Positions 6,009-6,341 of a DNA stretch of 6,341 nt are shown here, piece after piece; position 1 is the stretch's first letter; each line of letters begins with the position of its first letter. Under the pieces are notes generated by a model. The model ran no database searches. It worked only from the letters and a program-made list of their open reading frames with translations, and was not told where the DNA came from. The position numbers and the translations under genes are program-made. The stretch is from the NCBI GenBank assembly GCA_016840425.1, contig JAEOSI010000135.1, positions 1-6,341 of the forward strand, read 5' to 3'. The stretch comes from Candidatus Wukongarchaeum yapensis (GTDB taxonomy: Archaea; Asgardarchaeota; Wukongarchaeia; Wukongarchaeales; Wukongarchaeaceae).

Positions 6009-6017
6009 TTTTAAATA
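6009..6017 (+). promoter_or_regulatory. Candidate TATA box for the intergenic sRNA
   Basis: TTTTAAATA begins 29 nt before the predicted RNA 5' end (6038) and is preceded by purine-rich AGAAA. Confidence 0.4.
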
Positions 6018-6037
6018 ATTAGATTTATAGTTCTTTT

Positions 6038-6117
6038 GTGGGGATGAATGTTTCTGGCAAGCCTGAGCATCTTTGTTATAGGGATGTTATGACGAATCAC
6101 AGTTAGGCACGACCCAC
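6038..6117 (+). ncRNA. Candidate dual-guide box C/D 2'-O-methylation guide sRNA with two K-turns
   Basis: Terminal stem GTGGG(6038-42)/CCCAC(6113-17). C-like ATGAATG 6044-50; 12-nt guide 6051-62; D' CTGA 6063-66; 8-bp hairpin 6067-87; C' ATGACGA 6089-95; 13-nt guide 6096-6108; D-like ACGA 6109-12. Both motifs show a 3-nt bulge ending in U followed by tandem GA/AG. Confidence 0.7.
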
Positions 6118-6122
6118 TTTTT
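6118..6122 (+). terminator. T5 tract directly after the sRNA terminal stem (candidate archaeal terminator)
   Basis: CCCAC is followed immediately by TTTTT; archaeal termination at oligo-T tracts is established. Confidence 0.35.
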
Positions 6123-6135
6123 AACGAGTTTTCGA

Positions 6136-6341
6136 TTATTTTTTGTTTTCTTCTTCTGATATATCTTTGTCTAGCGCTTCTAAGTCCTCTAATGAGCCTT
6201 CTAAGGCTTCCGGTTCTTCTATTTCTTCTTCCTCTTCCTCTATTTCTTCTTCCTCTTCCTCTATTTCTTCTTCCTCTTCCTCTATTTCTTCTTCCTCTTC
6301 CTCTATTTCTTCTTCCTCTTCCTCTATTTCTTCTTCCTCTT
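6136..6341 (-). CDS. 3' end of an unidentified gene with a highly acidic tail (5' part outside the window; not in the ORF track)
   Basis: Open frame from the window edge to TAA at 6138-6136: ...(EEEEEEI)n-EEPEALEGSLEDLEALDKDISEEENKK*. The non-repetitive part continues the acidic composition in the same frame. Confidence 0.75.
   Translation of the reverse strand, partial: EEEEIEEEEEEIEEEEEEIEEEEEEIEEEEEEIEEEEEEIEEPEALEGSLEDLEALDKDISEEENKK
6219..6341 (-). repeat. Perfect 21-nt tandem repeat, 5 full copies plus 18 nt, continuing off the window; encodes EEEEEEI
   Basis: Plus-strand unit CTATTTCTTCTTCCTCTTCCT starts at 6219, 6240, 6261, 6282, 6303 and 6324 (partial). Confidence 0.95.

Noticed and set aside
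6044-6112. Eukaryote-like SECIS reading (AUGA, 11 nt, AAG)
   Set aside because: The 5' side fits, but the GA at SECIS distance (6083-84) gives no paired helix II. No selenoprotein ORF is visible on this strand, and the second K-turn with CUGA fits a C/D RNA better.

Overview
Archaeal chromosomal window, very probably from an Asgard archaeon. This is inferred from archaeal housekeeping genes (archaeal-type SAM synthetase, ribosomal protein L35Ae, GGTGA/GGAGG ribosome-binding sites, no introns) sitting among eukaryote-like genes. Contents in order: (1) 5' end of a QueC-like gene (-). (2) A decayed IS200/IS605 tnpB element with four separate lesions but an intact right-end hairpin, inserted just upstream of queC. 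(3) A catalytically intact-looking E2 ubiquitin-conjugating enzyme (-). (4) A coiled-coil / Pro-rich repeat / helical-bundle protein whose C-terminus resembles the Vps28 CTD by eye (-). (5) A divergent Rab-like small GTPase (+). (6) A heavily N-glycosylatable single-pass membrane protein resembling TRAP-beta (-). (7) Archaeal mat (+). (8) rpl35ae (+). (9) An 80-nt intergenic RNA with two K-turns and dual box C/D guide architecture, with its own candidate TATA box and T-tract (+). (10) The poly-Glu tandem-repeat 3' end of a gene running off the window (-). All family calls come from motif recognition by eye; no searches were run.
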